Positions 1 through 11,235 of a stretch of 64,000 nt of DNA are shown here, one piece after another. Where the stretch lies: NCBI GenBank assembly GCA_000004985.1, contig GG738855.1. The stretch is one strand, 5' to 3'. The notes under the pieces are model-generated. The model saw only the letters and a program-made list of their open reading frames with translations, ran no database searches and was not told the origin of the DNA. The stretch is from Naegleria gruberi. Lineage: Eukaryota. A program made the translations under genes and the position numbers. Each line of letters begins with the position of its first letter. Within the stretch, counting starts at the first letter, position 1.

Positions 1-290
1 AAGCAGCATCACCACGTGATACCTTTCCTTCTCTTTCCTTTTTCAATTCGGCCAATCCATTCCAATTTCCTTCATAAACAAGGTCGAAAACCTTCTTGGC
101 ATCTTGTTGTTTGAAAGAACTGGATCCAATTTTATATTCGTCTTCGCCGAATGGTGTAATAGAAAGAGATCTTGTTGTGGTGTGGAAAGAGTGTGATGAG
201 AGGAAGACTCTTGAAGGAAGAACGGAAGAAGACTTCTTTGTACAAGCCTTGCAGATGTTGATGAGGGTGGATTTTTGGGCTGGCATTTTT
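1..290 (-). CDS. Hypothetical protein, N-terminal 96 codons only (gene runs off the window start)
   Basis: ATG at 288-290 (minus) in an A-rich context (tttaaaaaaaATGcca). The frame stays open to position 1 with no stop, so it is absent from the ORF track. Codon usage matches neighbouring genes. The N-terminus is S/T/K/R-rich and presequence-like. No family recognised. Confidence 0.35.
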
Positions 291-370
291 TTTAAATTTA
301 TTTTTTAAAAATAAAATGGAATTGCATTTGAATGGCATACATTAATTTTCAATTTCATACCTTATTGAAA

Positions 371-2459
371 TTAGAATAGGTTTTTGAGTTGCTTATTTTC
401 TTCTCTTAATGATCTCACTTCCTCGGTTAAATTTTCTACTTGTTTTGAAAGTTGTTCAATTAGAGAGAATGTCTGCTCTTGTTGAATACAGAATTGACGT
501 AAAACATCTACATGAATGTTGGTGAGATCTTGGTGAATTGAACTCTGAAGATTGAAAATGGATTCTTGAAGTACATCCTTCATCACATCTTTCATTCTTT
601 CCTCAGAAATACTATTTGACACAACTGGGGACCCAGTCGAGAGAGTTTGTTTCTGTTGTTGCTGTTGTCTAGATAGATGTGGTGATGAACTAGTTGCTAT
701 TATTGAGGATGGAAGGGATTCGTCATCGATCATTTCATTGTGTTTTTGATTGTCTTCAAAAGATAACTCATCAACATTTTCGAGTGAGGGAGGAGTTTGG
801 GGATGATAGTTAGAGGGTGGGAGAATATTCTCATTATTGGTGTCATCGACAGTGGGAGAGTTAAATTTAGGCTTTTTGGTTGGTCCTGAGGGAGAAAATA
901 CAGACCTATCATCCTGAGTTGGTTTTAGGGATTTGTATATGGATAATCGATTATTTGTAGAATTTTCTAACATCTGACTGCTATTCAGATCAAGACTTTT
1001 GAAAGTGGTTGGTTTAAAAGGGTTTTCCAGGGAGAGTTTTGTGTTAATTTTGGAACTCAAGTGTTCCATTTGAGCTTGTTTTTTGATGTCCTCCAGTGTT
1101 GGAAATTGTGTAGATCCAATCTCAATACTTTTACCTGTTTTAACAGGAGAGAAAACATCCATACCATGATTTCTGTCTATGTTAAGTGTAGGTGGTTTAA
1201 CTTGTCTTTCTTGAGGAATGGAAGGAGGGGTTGATGGCTTTTTGAGAGATGAATAGGATTCAATGGTTGGGGATTCTCGTGGTCTTTGTACTTCAGATTG
1301 AGCTGTCTGCTGTTTAGCAGTGGATTTCTTAGATTTAGATTGAAAGGTTAGTGTTCTAATATATCCCATATCGACAGTAAGTTCAGTAATTGGACTCGTT
1401 GTTGATTTTTTCAAATCATAAAGGAAAACACTTCCATTAGATGTTCCTACAGCCATTATTGATCCATTATCCAAGTATGAAAATGAAGATATTGGTTGAG
1501 AAACTCGAATATTTTCCACAATCCTAATTTTAAAATTATATGATTATTCTACTAAACTATATGAAAATGCTTACTTTTTTTCCTTAATATCATAAAAGTA
1601 AATGTTCTTATCCAATCCTGCTGAAGCAAGGAGAGCAACATTTTGCTTTGAAAAATGTACTGCTACACATGGAGCTTGATGTTGATTAGGAAATGAGCAA
1701 TATGGCTTTCCAGAGATGGTATCCCATATTGTTACACTTCCATCATCACTGGCACTTGCCAATAGGGTTTTGTAAAAAGGTGAATATTCCAAAAATTTGA
1801 TTGATTGTTGTGTATTCGAAAGGGTGCATGAGAGAGTATTCGATACAATATTATGAATCAGAATTGTACCACTGGCATCACCACTCGCAACATGTTGATC
1901 ACCCTCGCTGAATGTGACACACGTGATAATTTCCTTATGTCCCTTAAATGTATTGATGACTTCCTTCTTTTTCAGATCCCAAATTTTTACGATACATGAG
2001 CTGCCTCCCGAACAAAGTTTGAGAGATGATTCTCCTATAGAAATTGATTGTACTTGTTCTTCAATATTTAATTTTCCAAATATTTCACCTTCAGGTGTTC
2101 CCATAATTACACTTCCATCATCACTACACGAAATGAGTACCTTATCTTGTTTTCACTCATTGGTTACAAATATTTTAATTGAAATACATACTATTGTGAT
2201 TCCATTTGGTGTCATTAATTGTTCGGTTTGGGAAATTTAACGAATTATAAGGACTCAATTTTCCATCCAATGTATTCAATTCTAATATCGATATTTGTTC
2301 GGATCCCACTATGGCCAATTTGTACAATGTTGTGGCAGATGTTGTGTTCGCATCTGATGATGAAGATGTCTTTGCATTTGTCCTATTACTGTTAGAAGCA
2401 ACACTTCTGGAACCTATTGGTGCAAAAGTTGAAGATGAAGGGTATTGTTTTGGATTCAT
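371..2459 (-). CDS. NEDD1: NEDD1-like WD40 protein (gamma-tubulin ring complex targeting factor); 3 exons complement(join(371..1523,1575..2145,2192..2459))
   Basis: Three track ORFs (2175..2459, 1571..2104, 371..1519) join in frame through introns 2146..2191 (GTATGT..AG) and 1524..1574 (GTAAGC..TTAG). The WD40 block aligns with NEDD1 (KIWDL, KGHKEIITCV, ASGDASGTILIH, YSPFYKTLLASASDDGSVTIWD, GLDKNIYFYD, GSVFLYDL). The C-terminus is S/P-rich followed by a terminal coiled coil, as in NEDD1. Confidence 0.7.
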
Positions 2460-2709
2460 TTTTTTTGATACTATTTTGGCGGGAATAGTTAAAAGCCTTC
2501 ACTTTCATACAAAAACGAACTGCCACTATTATCTGACTGCTAGGTTAAGAGCAAGTTTTTGATCCAATTCATTCTTTTCATTAACATCGGTTGGTCTCCA
2601 TTAATATTATTAGAAAAAGAAGAATCACAGAGTCGGATGAAGGAAATGCGTGGTCTGTGTCCATTCCTCCTCAATTAATAAGAAGAAAAAAACGCCACAA
2701 CAATAATCA

Positions 2710-4554
2710 ATGTCCTCCTACATTCCTCAACAGGAACCAACCATGTCGACAGCACTCATGCTGGCCGATTTGGACGACTTTCTACCAATGAATAGACAAG
2801 ATTGCATAAAACCCTTTCTCATGACCAATTCAAAGTCAGATTCAACAACATCTAGCAAAAACATCACATCGGAGAATGGTACTGCTGCAGTCAGTGTTTC
2901 TCTTGACAATGATGATTCTGTGGGAGGAGTTTCGATAAATAGAAATCCCACAAGAAGAATCGGAAGAAGCAATAATAGAGGAACCATTAATTTGAACAAT
3001 AGTCAACAAGCCGAACCAAAGAAAATTGCAAAAATTGAATTGGCTGATTGTTTGGCTTGTTCTGGTTGTGTTACTACTGCAGAAAGTGTTTTGGTAAATC
3101 AACAAAGTGTGGAACAATTCTTGACAAGCTTAAAGGAAATGAAATTATTTTCCCCATTTATTGAGAAAATTCAAGATAAGGTGAATGTTTCGGATTTGGA
3201 AGATGATCTTGATTCGATCCTATTGTCTGGATCGAAAAGAGTTGTGAAACCACAACCAAATTCTATATTTGTAATTACAATTTCTCAACAAAGTGCAGCC
3301 TCATTATCTTCCTATTATCAGTGCTCATCAGTGAGAGAGTGTCTCTCTCGGTTGTCATACCTGTTTAAGGTTAAGTTTGGAGCTGTTGCAGTTTTTGAGA
3401 CTTCAACCCTTGCAAGATTGGTTTCTCATTTGGAATTGTGTGAAGATTTTCTCAATCGATACAAGGAAGGCAAGGGACCTGTTTTTGCTAGTGCTTGCCC
3501 TGGGTGGATTTGTTATGCAGAAAAAACTCAACCTGAAATTATTCCATCCATTTCAACAGTTAAATCTCCCCAACAAATTATGGGTACTTTTGTCAAAAAG
3601 TTCATAACCAGCAACATGAAACAGTTATCCAATGAGATTTCACTTGAAAATTTGAAGGTTTACCATACTACTGTAATGCCTTGCTTTGATAAGAAATTAG
3701 AGGCTAGCAGACCAGACTTTACCAATGATCCTTTCGATAAAGTTGATATGGTATTGACTAGTAGCGAAATTACAGAACTCCTTCAGAAGGAACTTCAAAT
3801 AGAAACTCCTGAAGATTTCATTAGAAACACAGAAAATTTCATCAAAAACGAAAAGTATCAATTGGATAGCATTTTTGAAATTTTGTCTCAATCCACACAT
3901 CATTCCACCCAAGATATTAGTGAGGATGCCACTTTACTTGAATGGCTTGGATCTGAAAGTGATGCCACAGGATCTGGTGGTTATTGTGAGATTGTATTCA
4001 AATATGCTGCCAAGAAATTATTTGGAATTGACCTCAGAGATAAGACTCTTATATTTGAAAGCAAGAGAAATAGCGACTATAGAGAAACTGTACTAGTTGA
4101 TCCAACTGATTCTTCAAAGATTTTATTGAGATTTGTAATTGCAAATGGATTTAGAAATATTCAAAACTTGGTAAGAAGAATGAAACAAGCAGACAATTCT
4201 GAACCTTTCCATTTTGTTGAAGTTATGGCTTGTCCTATTGGATGCCTGAATGGAGGAGGTCAAGTGAAGGTCAAACAACCAAAGATCACATTGGATATCG
4301 ACTCACCTTCTTCTGTAACCATTACCCCAAAGCAGCATTTGGCCCAAACTGAAAAGCTTTATAGGGATGACATTTCTAACATCAAATCTCTTTGTGAAAA
4401 TAATTCGAATCTTGTCAAGGAAGGTTTGAATAATTTATATTACAATTGGATTAAGGGGTCTGTGGGTTCTGTACAAGCAAAATCAATCCTTCACACTCAA
4501 TATCATGCTGTTGAAAAGTTGAATATTGTTACGCCAACTGCCCTCAAATGGTAA
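2710..4554 (+). CDS. NARFL: Cytosolic Fe-S cluster assembly factor Nar1/NARFL (iron-only hydrogenase-like)
   Basis: N-terminal LADLDDFL...DCIKP. Cysteine motifs CLACSGCV, ASACPGWICYAEK, MPCFDKKLEA and MACPIGCLNGGGQ are diagnostic of Nar1/NARF hydrogenase-like proteins. Single ORF. The true start may be the internal Met at 2740. Confidence 0.85.
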   Translation: MSSYIPQQEPTMSTALMLADLDDFLPMNRQDCIKPFLMTNSKSDSTTSSKNITSENGTAAVSVSLDNDDSVGGVSINRNPTRRIGRSNNRGTINLNNSQQAEPKKIAKIELADCLACSGCVTTAESVLVNQQSVEQFLTSLKEMKLFSPFIEKIQDKVNVSDLEDDLDSILLSGSKRVVKPQPNSIFVITISQQSAASLSSYYQCSSVRECLSRLSYLFKVKFGAVAVFETSTLARLVSHLELCEDFLNRYKEGKGPVFASACPGWICYAEKTQPEIIPSISTVKSPQQIMGTFVKKFITSNMKQLSNEISLENLKVYHTTVMPCFDKKLEASRPDFTNDPFDKVDMVLTSSEITELLQKELQIETPEDFIRNTENFIKNEKYQLDSIFEILSQSTHHSTQDISEDATLLEWLGSESDATGSGGYCEIVFKYAAKKLFGIDLRDKTLIFESKRNSDYRETVLVDPTDSSKILLRFVIANGFRNIQNLVRRMKQADNSEPFHFVEVMACPIGCLNGGGQVKVKQPKITLDIDSPSSVTITPKQHLAQTEKLYRDDISNIKSLCENNSNLVKEGLNNLYYNWIKGSVGSVQAKSILHTQYHAVEKLNIVTPTALKW

Positions 4555-4577
4555 AATATACACTGTACCTGTTAACT

Positions 4578-5204
4578 CTAATACAATATGCAACCTCGAC
4601 TAACTTTTCCTTTGTATGTGAATGCCACACAATGTCCAGCATCACTGTGATACTTGAATGATTCTAAATGCCTCACTCTGAAAACAGTTTCATTACAAAC
4701 TTTACACAGGGCAGTTTCCTGATAATTTTCTCCAATTAGAGTAAAATTGATTGGGCACTTGTACACCCATTCACAATTCTCAATAAAATCATCATCAACA
4801 TGTAAGAAGTTGTTTTTTGGAAATTTTCGCAAATGTTTAATTCTTCTCTGAAGAACTGCTAAATAATTCTTTACATTAATTTCTGGATTGAATCTTGGAA
4901 AGTAGTGTATTAATAATCGCTTCCAAATAAATCTCTGAATGAGTGTGTAATCATCTAATTCTTGAGCTTTCTCAGTCGTTAAACCAAGATTAAACCAATT
5001 CTTCAACCCTTGAACAAGACCATTTTCATTCTTTAAATTCCTACAAAATATAAAATCAAACATGGCACTGTCACTCCTCGCCAACTCATTCAATTCCTGC
5101 ACACGTAAATATTGAGCTATTTGAAGCCAAATTTCAGCTGGAATTTTCACCCGATAGTGATCAAATGTAAATTGTCGTTGTTGGGTGATGGGCTCTGTTG
5201 ACAT
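4578..5204 (-). CDS. F-box-like protein with C-terminal Cys/His cluster
   Basis: N-terminal IPAEIWLQIAQYLRVQELNELARSDSAMFDFIF resembles an F-box. C-terminal CKVCNETV...H..H.DAGHC cluster. Intronless ORF with an A-rich start context. Confidence 0.4.
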   Translation of the reverse strand: MSTEPITQQRQFTFDHYRVKIPAEIWLQIAQYLRVQELNELARSDSAMFDFIFCRNLKNENGLVQGLKNWFNLGLTTEKAQELDDYTLIQRFIWKRLLIHYFPRFNPEINVKNYLAVLQRRIKHLRKFPKNNFLHVDDDFIENCEWVYKCPINFTLIGENYQETALCKVCNETVFRVRHLESFKYHSDAGHCVAFTYKGKVSRGCILY

Positions 5205-6139
5205 TTTTTTAAATTGGATTTTAAGAAAAAGTACTTTGAATTTTAAAATGGCAGAAAGCTATCCGTTATGACGTGTTTAGTTCATCAATTATGAAATTGT
5301 TACAAGCCCTACTGAGTTCTTAATTCTTCAAATCTTTAATCAACTTGGCGAACTAAAAATTGTAGTTTGGTTTTCTGTAAATCTGTCGGTATTCAAAAGG
5401 AGTTATTAGGACAGGATAACGTACGATAGGATAACATTCTAATACATAGTTAAACCATCTGTCGGTACCTCTTCAACTTTGACACCAAATACACTCTTTA
5501 ATACACAATTGTTTAATCCAATCTCATTGAGAATTTGAATGACCTGATTGCGAAATAAACTTTGCCATCAAAAGCATTAAAATTGATATTGTAAACTATT
5601 ACCAATGTAAACGAATACCCATCAAGCTTATTGAAATACAAATTAAAGCAACCACCATCCAAGCTTATTTGTAATTGACAAGGAATGAGGTACATAAAAG
5701 AGATGAATACATCACCATCCAACAAATCCTTTTAGCAAATTCGGTAGACGCAACGTACAAAAACACTGGACGCCCTCCTCACATGGTAACCAATAACAAC
5801 TCCTCCCTTCTGTCATGTTGTGACTCAGTTGCGTCCTCAGAACACGCCATCACAACATTAAAAAAATTTGCATCACCTATTGTTGTGGGAAGGTTTAACA
5901 CAAAACAACCAACCCAATCTAGAGTACCAATAATTTGTTGTTGGCAGTTAAATTCCGTTGTTGCGCGTTTCATTTTGTGTTGCCGGCAGTCTTGATTTAA
6001 ACAATCACGTGATAGTAACCAGCACGTTCTTAAACGATCTTGAAAAATTTCCGTCCCTATTGTTGAAATTTGTAGTGCAAATAGCTATACAACAACAATA
6101 TATATTACGCAATTATAGTTTAAAATTTAAATAGTTTGT

Positions 6140-6968
6140 GTGAATAGAATCCCTACTTATATTAAAATGTCAGAGAGTGGTGAAACAAAGAAAAAGTACA
6201 ACACTGGAGGATCTTCTAAAAAGTATTTACCTTCCTTCTTTTCCGAAGCAGACTGCATTGTTGGTTTGCATAATTATGATCCCTTTGATCAACAACCCTT
6301 GCTCACACCTGATGAAGTTGTCATCTCAACAAAGAATTTGGTTTTTGAAAAGTACAATGGAGAGAATCACTTGTTGAGCTCACTCAAGTATACATTGCGT
6401 GTGTGCACTGTGAATTGTGGCTTACCCAATCTATGGGTAAAAATTGAATTAGTATGTGGCAATACCAATACTCCAATTTTTTGTGTTAAAAAGGAAAGAA
6501 AAGGCAAGAGAGGTATTAAAGGTAGATGTTATCAAGAATTTGACGTTTCAAAGGTAAGCTAAACTGAGGTGCATTCCATGTTTAATTAACTCTTCATTTT
6601 CATGATTTCTTTTATTGGATTTTGTTCAACCTGTCAACTTTCTTTATACCATTACAATTTTTTAATACAATGAATTACAGCACGGATACAACAAAGCCAA
6701 GCTGGAGTTTAGGTTCAGAGAAACAAGCAGTGACAATGTAACAGACAAGTTCAGACTCAATGTAAATATTTATAATGACACAACACTTCTCCTCACCTTC
6801 CAGTCACCACGGTTCAGAACTGTTGTACGTTCTCCACAGAGAGGTAAATTCAAGTTACTGAGAGAGCAATTAAACAGTAACAATATTGTTGTACCATATG
6901 AAAAGGCTGATGATGAAGAAGATAATCCAGTGGAGGAAAAGAAAAGGAAAAGAAGTACTAAAAATTAA
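6140..6968 (+). CDS. Hypothetical basic protein, 2 exons join(6140..6553,6681..6968)
   Basis: Exon 1 ends at AAG|GTAAGC (6554). The 127-nt intron ends ttacAG at 6680. Exon 2 stays in phase 0 and ends with a K/R-rich tail (EEKKRKRSTKN*). No family recognised; the basic tail suggests a nuclear or nucleolar protein. Confidence 0.45.
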
Positions 6969-7080
6969 TGTAAATACATAAGAGCTGCAATTGTTTTTCA
7001 AGTGTTAAACCAGCAACAATCATTTTATTTAGACTTAATTGCCATTGATTTAATATGACAATTATTTTTAATTAATGAAT

Positions 7081-7199
7081 GGTTACGGCCATATCACGAT
7101 GAATGCACCTCATCCCGTCCGATTTGAGAAGTTAAGCATCGTCGAGCCACATCAGTACTGAGGTTGGAGACAACTTGGGAACCTCTGGTGCTGTAGTCT
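7081..7199 (+). rRNA. 5S ribosomal RNA gene (intact, about 119 nt) followed by a T6 Pol III terminator
   Basis: GGTTACGGCCATATCACGATGAATGCACCTCATCCCGTCCGATTTGAGAAGTTAAGC...TGGTTGGAGACAACTTGGGAACCTCTGGTGCTGTAGTC followed by TTTTTT. Canonical 5S features are present: GGCCATA 5' region, CCCGTCCGAT, the AGTACT/GGGAGACC-type box C region and a GGTGCTGTAG 3' end. Confidence 0.9.
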
Positions 7200-7238
7200 T
7201 TTTTAAACAGAACAATAATGATTTAGAATATAATGAAA

Positions 7239-7685
7239 TTAATTTAAAGTTTTAATAAAGTGATGACAACCTAAAATATATCCATTATTCAAATAAACCT
7301 TATGAGCTGCATTTCTTTGATATCCAGAATCCAAATGAACTTGTTTACATCCATTCTCCTTTGCAAAATTATCCACAAAATGTAACAATTGACTTCCCAA
7401 TCCTTTTCCTCTATGAGATTCCTTACAAACCAAATCATCAATATACACAATTTTACCCCATGCAGTTGTTGTCATAATTCTATATCCAACGAGTGCAACA
7501 ATTTCATCACCGATCGAAATTGCATTCAATCTAAAACCATCTTGTTTTTGTTGATGTTCAATTTGCAAAACGAATTGTTGTTCATCTATCAGGTGTGGAC
7601 GTAATTCTTGATACGTTGCCAGACAAGAAGCAATTTGTGATGGTGTGGAAATGCAGAGAATAGTGTGGGAAGATGGTGATGACAT
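7239..7685 (-). CDS. GNAT-family N-acetyltransferase
   Basis: Single 148-aa ORF. Motif A-like RGKGLGSQLLHFV and C-terminal HLDSGYQRNAAHKVYLNNGY are typical of GNAT acetyltransferases. Confidence 0.65.
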   Translation of the reverse strand: MSSPSSHTILCISTPSQIASCLATYQELRPHLIDEQQFVLQIEHQQKQDGFRLNAISIGDEIVALVGYRIMTTTAWGKIVYIDDLVCKESHRGKGLGSQLLHFVDNFAKENGCKQVHLDSGYQRNAAHKVYLNNGYILGCHHFIKTLN

Positions 7686-7854
7686 TTTTTTTTGGAGCGG
7701 GCTTATTCAATCTGCAATTTGGAAAATAAATAGTATGTGAAATACTGTGGTCAACTACTGTTGATTCCGTAAAATTGATTATACTCTTCTATTATTAATT
7801 ATATTTATGTAAATATTATAAAATTGTTTACAATAAATTGTAAACCACAAAAAA

Positions 7855-7900
7855 ATGAGAGAAATTATTTCTATTCACGTAGGCAATGCTGGAATCTCTT
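7855..7900 (+). pseudogene. Tubulin N-terminal fragment (MREIISIHVGNAGI), not followed by tubulin sequence
   Basis: ATG AGA GAA ATT ATT TCT ATT CAC GTA GGC AAT GCT GGA encodes the near-universal tubulin N-terminus (compare alpha-tubulin [14 protein letters not shown] at 27206). The downstream 90 codons show no tubulin similarity. Likely a relic, or a 5' micro-exon of unknown fate. Confidence 0.3.
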
Positions 7901-8291
7901 TCCAAGAAGTTTTAACAAGTAACTCTATATTTTGCTTTAAAACAAAATTATTTCGCCCAGTTCAATTTGAAGAAATTTCCAAATTTTCTGATTTGATCGT
8001 TTTAGCTTCGGATGATGGAAATTGTAATCAAAATGATGATTTGCAAAGTAAAAGAGGAAAACAAGAGAAGAGACTGAAGGAAAATGAATTTAGAAATAGG
8101 GGATTTTCTCAAGTTGTTATTGATGTTCACAATAGGAAATTTAAATTTATTTATGAAAATAGAAAATGAAATTTTATTGGAAATATTTCTAGTCAACTAG
8201 ACAATCAATTTTCACAAGATGAATAAGCACAACAGCAAAATCTTCTTCCATGGTTGTGTGAATATTTTGAAAGAAACTTTCAGTAAATTTA

Positions 8292-11012
8292 CTAGTTTAG
8301 GAAAATTTTTACCTTGGATTCAATCTTTCCTCGACATGTTGGACAATTGACTTGATTGGAAATACAATCCAAACAAAATAAGTGTCCACACGGAACACTC
8401 ACATGATCTACCTTATTATCCATACAAATAATACATTCAAATAGTTCTTGTTGATGTAAATGTTCATGATTATTGACTTTGGGTTCTTGTGATTCTAAAT
8501 CTTCATAATATTTAGCAAGTTTTCCAATCAAATCTTGATTTTCCTTTTCCTTCTCCTCCAAGTCACATAAAAATTGATGAGTTTGAGTTTCCAATTGAGT
8601 ACATTCCCTATTAAGTTTTAAAACTTGTTGTTCGAGATTAGTGTTGGAGAGTCGAAGATTTTGAATGATATTCGATTGTTCTACAGTCTTTTTCTTGAGA
8701 TTTTCCTTTTCCAAATCTAATTGCTTGTTAGATTGGGTCATTTCATTAAGTTTAGTTTCTAATTGTTGAACTTTCTTTTCCACTTGTTGACTTTTCTTTG
8801 AATCAATTTCCTTAACTTTCCTTTCGAATTGTCTATTTTCATTTTCCAATCGTGATTTTTCTTGGTGTAAAATTTCCATTCTCTTTTCATACTTTAAATT
8901 GGATGTGATCAACTCTTTGGATATATTTTCTAAATTGAACTTGGATCGATTGAGTTCAAGTGTCAAATCCTTTACTGAAATCTCCAAATTCTGAACTTGA
9001 AATTCTCTGTCTGAAAGAGTTTTCTTCAAATTATCCATTTCAGAGACTTGGTCGATGAGCTGGTGCATTGTATTTGTTTTTCTTTTCAATGCAAATTGTA
9101 ACAATTCCACTTGTTCTCTTAATTCCACTTCTCTTAATGATTCACTTGATGATTCTTTAATTTCTTTCATTGATTGTTCAGGAATTTTCTGTTGTGGAAT
9201 ATCTTTAACAGGTTCTGGATGTTTTTTGCTATAATTTTCCTCACATTTACCAGAGCAACATGAAAACTTTCCACATTTGGTCTTTTGTGTTGTGTATTTT
9301 TGACATTCCACACATTGCCAATCATACAATTCCAAATTATCCTTCAAATTTCTAAAGTGATATCTCAAATCAAAGCAATAAATCTTGTTGCTTAATTTTT
9401 TCAATCTATCCATTCCTCCATAAACATACAATCTCATTTTTGAAACATGATTACAATATCCAGTTAATGCTTCCATATTCTTTGAAGTAGTCAGAACCTT
9501 TTCCCAATTGAATGTATTCAAGTCGAGTGACCAAATTTCATTACTTGCCACTCCATTCATTCCTGTACCCCCATAAAACACTAAAGCCCTGTCCTTTCCA
9601 TTGATTTTCACTTTAGACCAACCACAGTGAGTCATTGGAGGTGGTTTAGTCTTGGAAATGTTAGAAATTTCAATCCATTCGAGAGAAGAACAATCAAATA
9701 GCCACATATCGTTCAAAGAATCCAATCTTGATCCATCTCCACCATATAAAATCAAATATTTTCCATTGCAAATACTAGTCATGCAAGATTTTGATTTGTC
9801 TGAAGGACAAGGTTTGGAAATGTTCAATTTTTGAAGCTTTTCATTCTTGATATCATATCTGAAAAAGGTTCCAACATTTTTACATAATTCACCTGAATAC
9901 TGTCTACCTCCATAAATGTAAATAAATCCAGGAACACTTGCTGCACATGAAAGAACCAAATTAAACTTGAATTTTAACTTTTTCCATTCGAATGTCTTTA
10001 AACAGAGTCGAAAGGATCCATCATTAACTCCATCATCTCCTCCACCAATTAAATAAGCATACTTTTCCTCAAAATCAGAAATGAAAACATGTCCATTTCT
10101 TCTTCCAGCTTCAGGAATTTCTCCACTAACCACTGGAGTAATAAGTATATTCGAGTAAGTATCCAACATGATTAATTCACCAAAAGTTTCACTCATTTGT
10201 CGAGAAATCAAATCCTTTTCTGTATGAGAAATACCTCCCCAATAGAAAATTGAAGAATCATTGTAAATAAATCCAGAATGTAAAACTCTTTCTGTCATTA
10301 CATAATCTGTTACAATAATTTTCCATTTTGGAGGTTCAGTCAACTCTTCTACTTTTTGTTTGTGAGATTCTTTCAGTTGTGAAATAATTTTCTGATCATC
10401 CACAAAAAACAATTCATTAGGATTGTCAATTCTCAATCCTGGCCATTCATCCGAATAGATTTTGTAATATGGATTCTTAATAATGACATATCTACCAACT
10501 CTAAACTCTTCAGATATATTAACTTTTCCATAATTGTAAATAGCTAATTGAACAATATTAGTATTTAAATCAGTCAACCCATTTTCTACAATAGTCATCA
10601 CTGATGTCATTCTAAACACTGGTTGACAAATTCTAGCAAATAAATATTTCCCTCTATTTGGATGATTTGGTGAATTATTTGGTGAGAGTTTCAATTGTTC
10701 AATCTGAATCAATTCCATTCCCTTTACAATTTCCAAATCTTTCACAACCTGACCTTTCCACACTTGTCCTCTATCCTTCCATGCACAAACATCCCCTTCC
10801 GATGGTCGATATTTAATCAATGCTGTTGAATGATGTTTGAGAATGGCTGCTCGTGTAAATCTTTCCTTGGAAACTTGATTTGTAGTTGGAGGTTGAAAGG
10901 CAGTGGCTTGTTCTGTGTAGTTGTGTAGACCGTGATCACCCATTTCGTTTCGCATTTCTGTCATGAGAGCATGATAAACCTCGGGTGAGAGATTGGAGAG
11001 CAAGTCATCCAT
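8292..11012 (-). CDS. Kelch-repeat / coiled-coil / C-terminal C3HC4 RING protein (putative E3 ubiquitin ligase)
   Basis: Likely start is the Met at 11012 (MDDLLSNL...); the ORF-track start at 11135 is upstream. Six Kelch-like blades (WGGISH, IYIYGGRQ, LILYGGDG, LVFYGGTG, LYVYGGMD). A B-box-like CVECQKYTTQKTKCGKFSCCSGKC. About 200 aa of heptad coiled coil. Terminal RING CIICMDNKVDHVSVPCGHLFCLDCISNQVNCPTCRG. Confidence 0.7.
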   Translation of the reverse strand: MDDLLSNLSPEVYHALMTEMRNEMGDHGLHNYTEQATAFQPPTTNQVSKERFTRAAILKHHSTALIKYRPSEGDVCAWKDRGQVWKGQVVKDLEIVKGMELIQIEQLKLSPNNSPNHPNRGKYLFARICQPVFRMTSVMTIVENGLTDLNTNIVQLAIYNYGKVNISEEFRVGRYVIIKNPYYKIYSDEWPGLRIDNPNELFFVDDQKIISQLKESHKQKVEELTEPPKWKIIVTDYVMTERVLHSGFIYNDSSIFYWGGISHTEKDLISRQMSETFGELIMLDTYSNILITPVVSGEIPEAGRRNGHVFISDFEEKYAYLIGGGDDGVNDGSFRLCLKTFEWKKLKFKFNLVLSCAASVPGFIYIYGGRQYSGELCKNVGTFFRYDIKNEKLQKLNISKPCPSDKSKSCMTSICNGKYLILYGGDGSRLDSLNDMWLFDCSSLEWIEISNISKTKPPPMTHCGWSKVKINGKDRALVFYGGTGMNGVASNEIWSLDLNTFNWEKVLTTSKNMEALTGYCNHVSKMRLYVYGGMDRLKKLSNKIYCFDLRYHFRNLKDNLELYDWQCVECQKYTTQKTKCGKFSCCSGKCEENYSKKHPEPVKDIPQQKIPEQSMKEIKESSSESLREVELREQVELLQFALKRKTNTMHQLIDQVSEMDNLKKTLSDREFQVQNLEISVKDLTLELNRSKFNLENISKELITSNLKYEKRMEILHQEKSRLENENRQFERKVKEIDSKKSQQVEKKVQQLETKLNEMTQSNKQLDLEKENLKKKTVEQSNIIQNLRLSNTNLEQQVLKLNRECTQLETQTHQFLCDLEEKEKENQDLIGKLAKYYEDLESQEPKVNNHEHLHQQELFECIICMDNKVDHVSVPCGHLFCLDCISNQVNCPTCRGKIESKVKIFLN

Positions 11013-11235
11013 TTTGTTTTGATATTTTTTTCGAAAAAGAAATGAAAGTAAAGAAATTGGTTTTTTGAAGAATTGGGAATTGTTAAAAATGCCTGAATGG
11101 AATAGTTTATCAAGAATTCCTTGCCATAAACACAATATATGAAAAAAGAATGTTTGAAAGAAGGTAGTACATTGAATACATTGATTTAATGAATTAGTGA
11201 AATAGCAACTACTAGTAAGAGAAAGGATTCTACCA

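Noticed and set aside
96-338. Track ORFs 96..308(+) and 132..338(-)
   Set aside because: Superseded by the better-supported minus-strand frame 290..1 (A-rich ATG context, no stop to the window edge).
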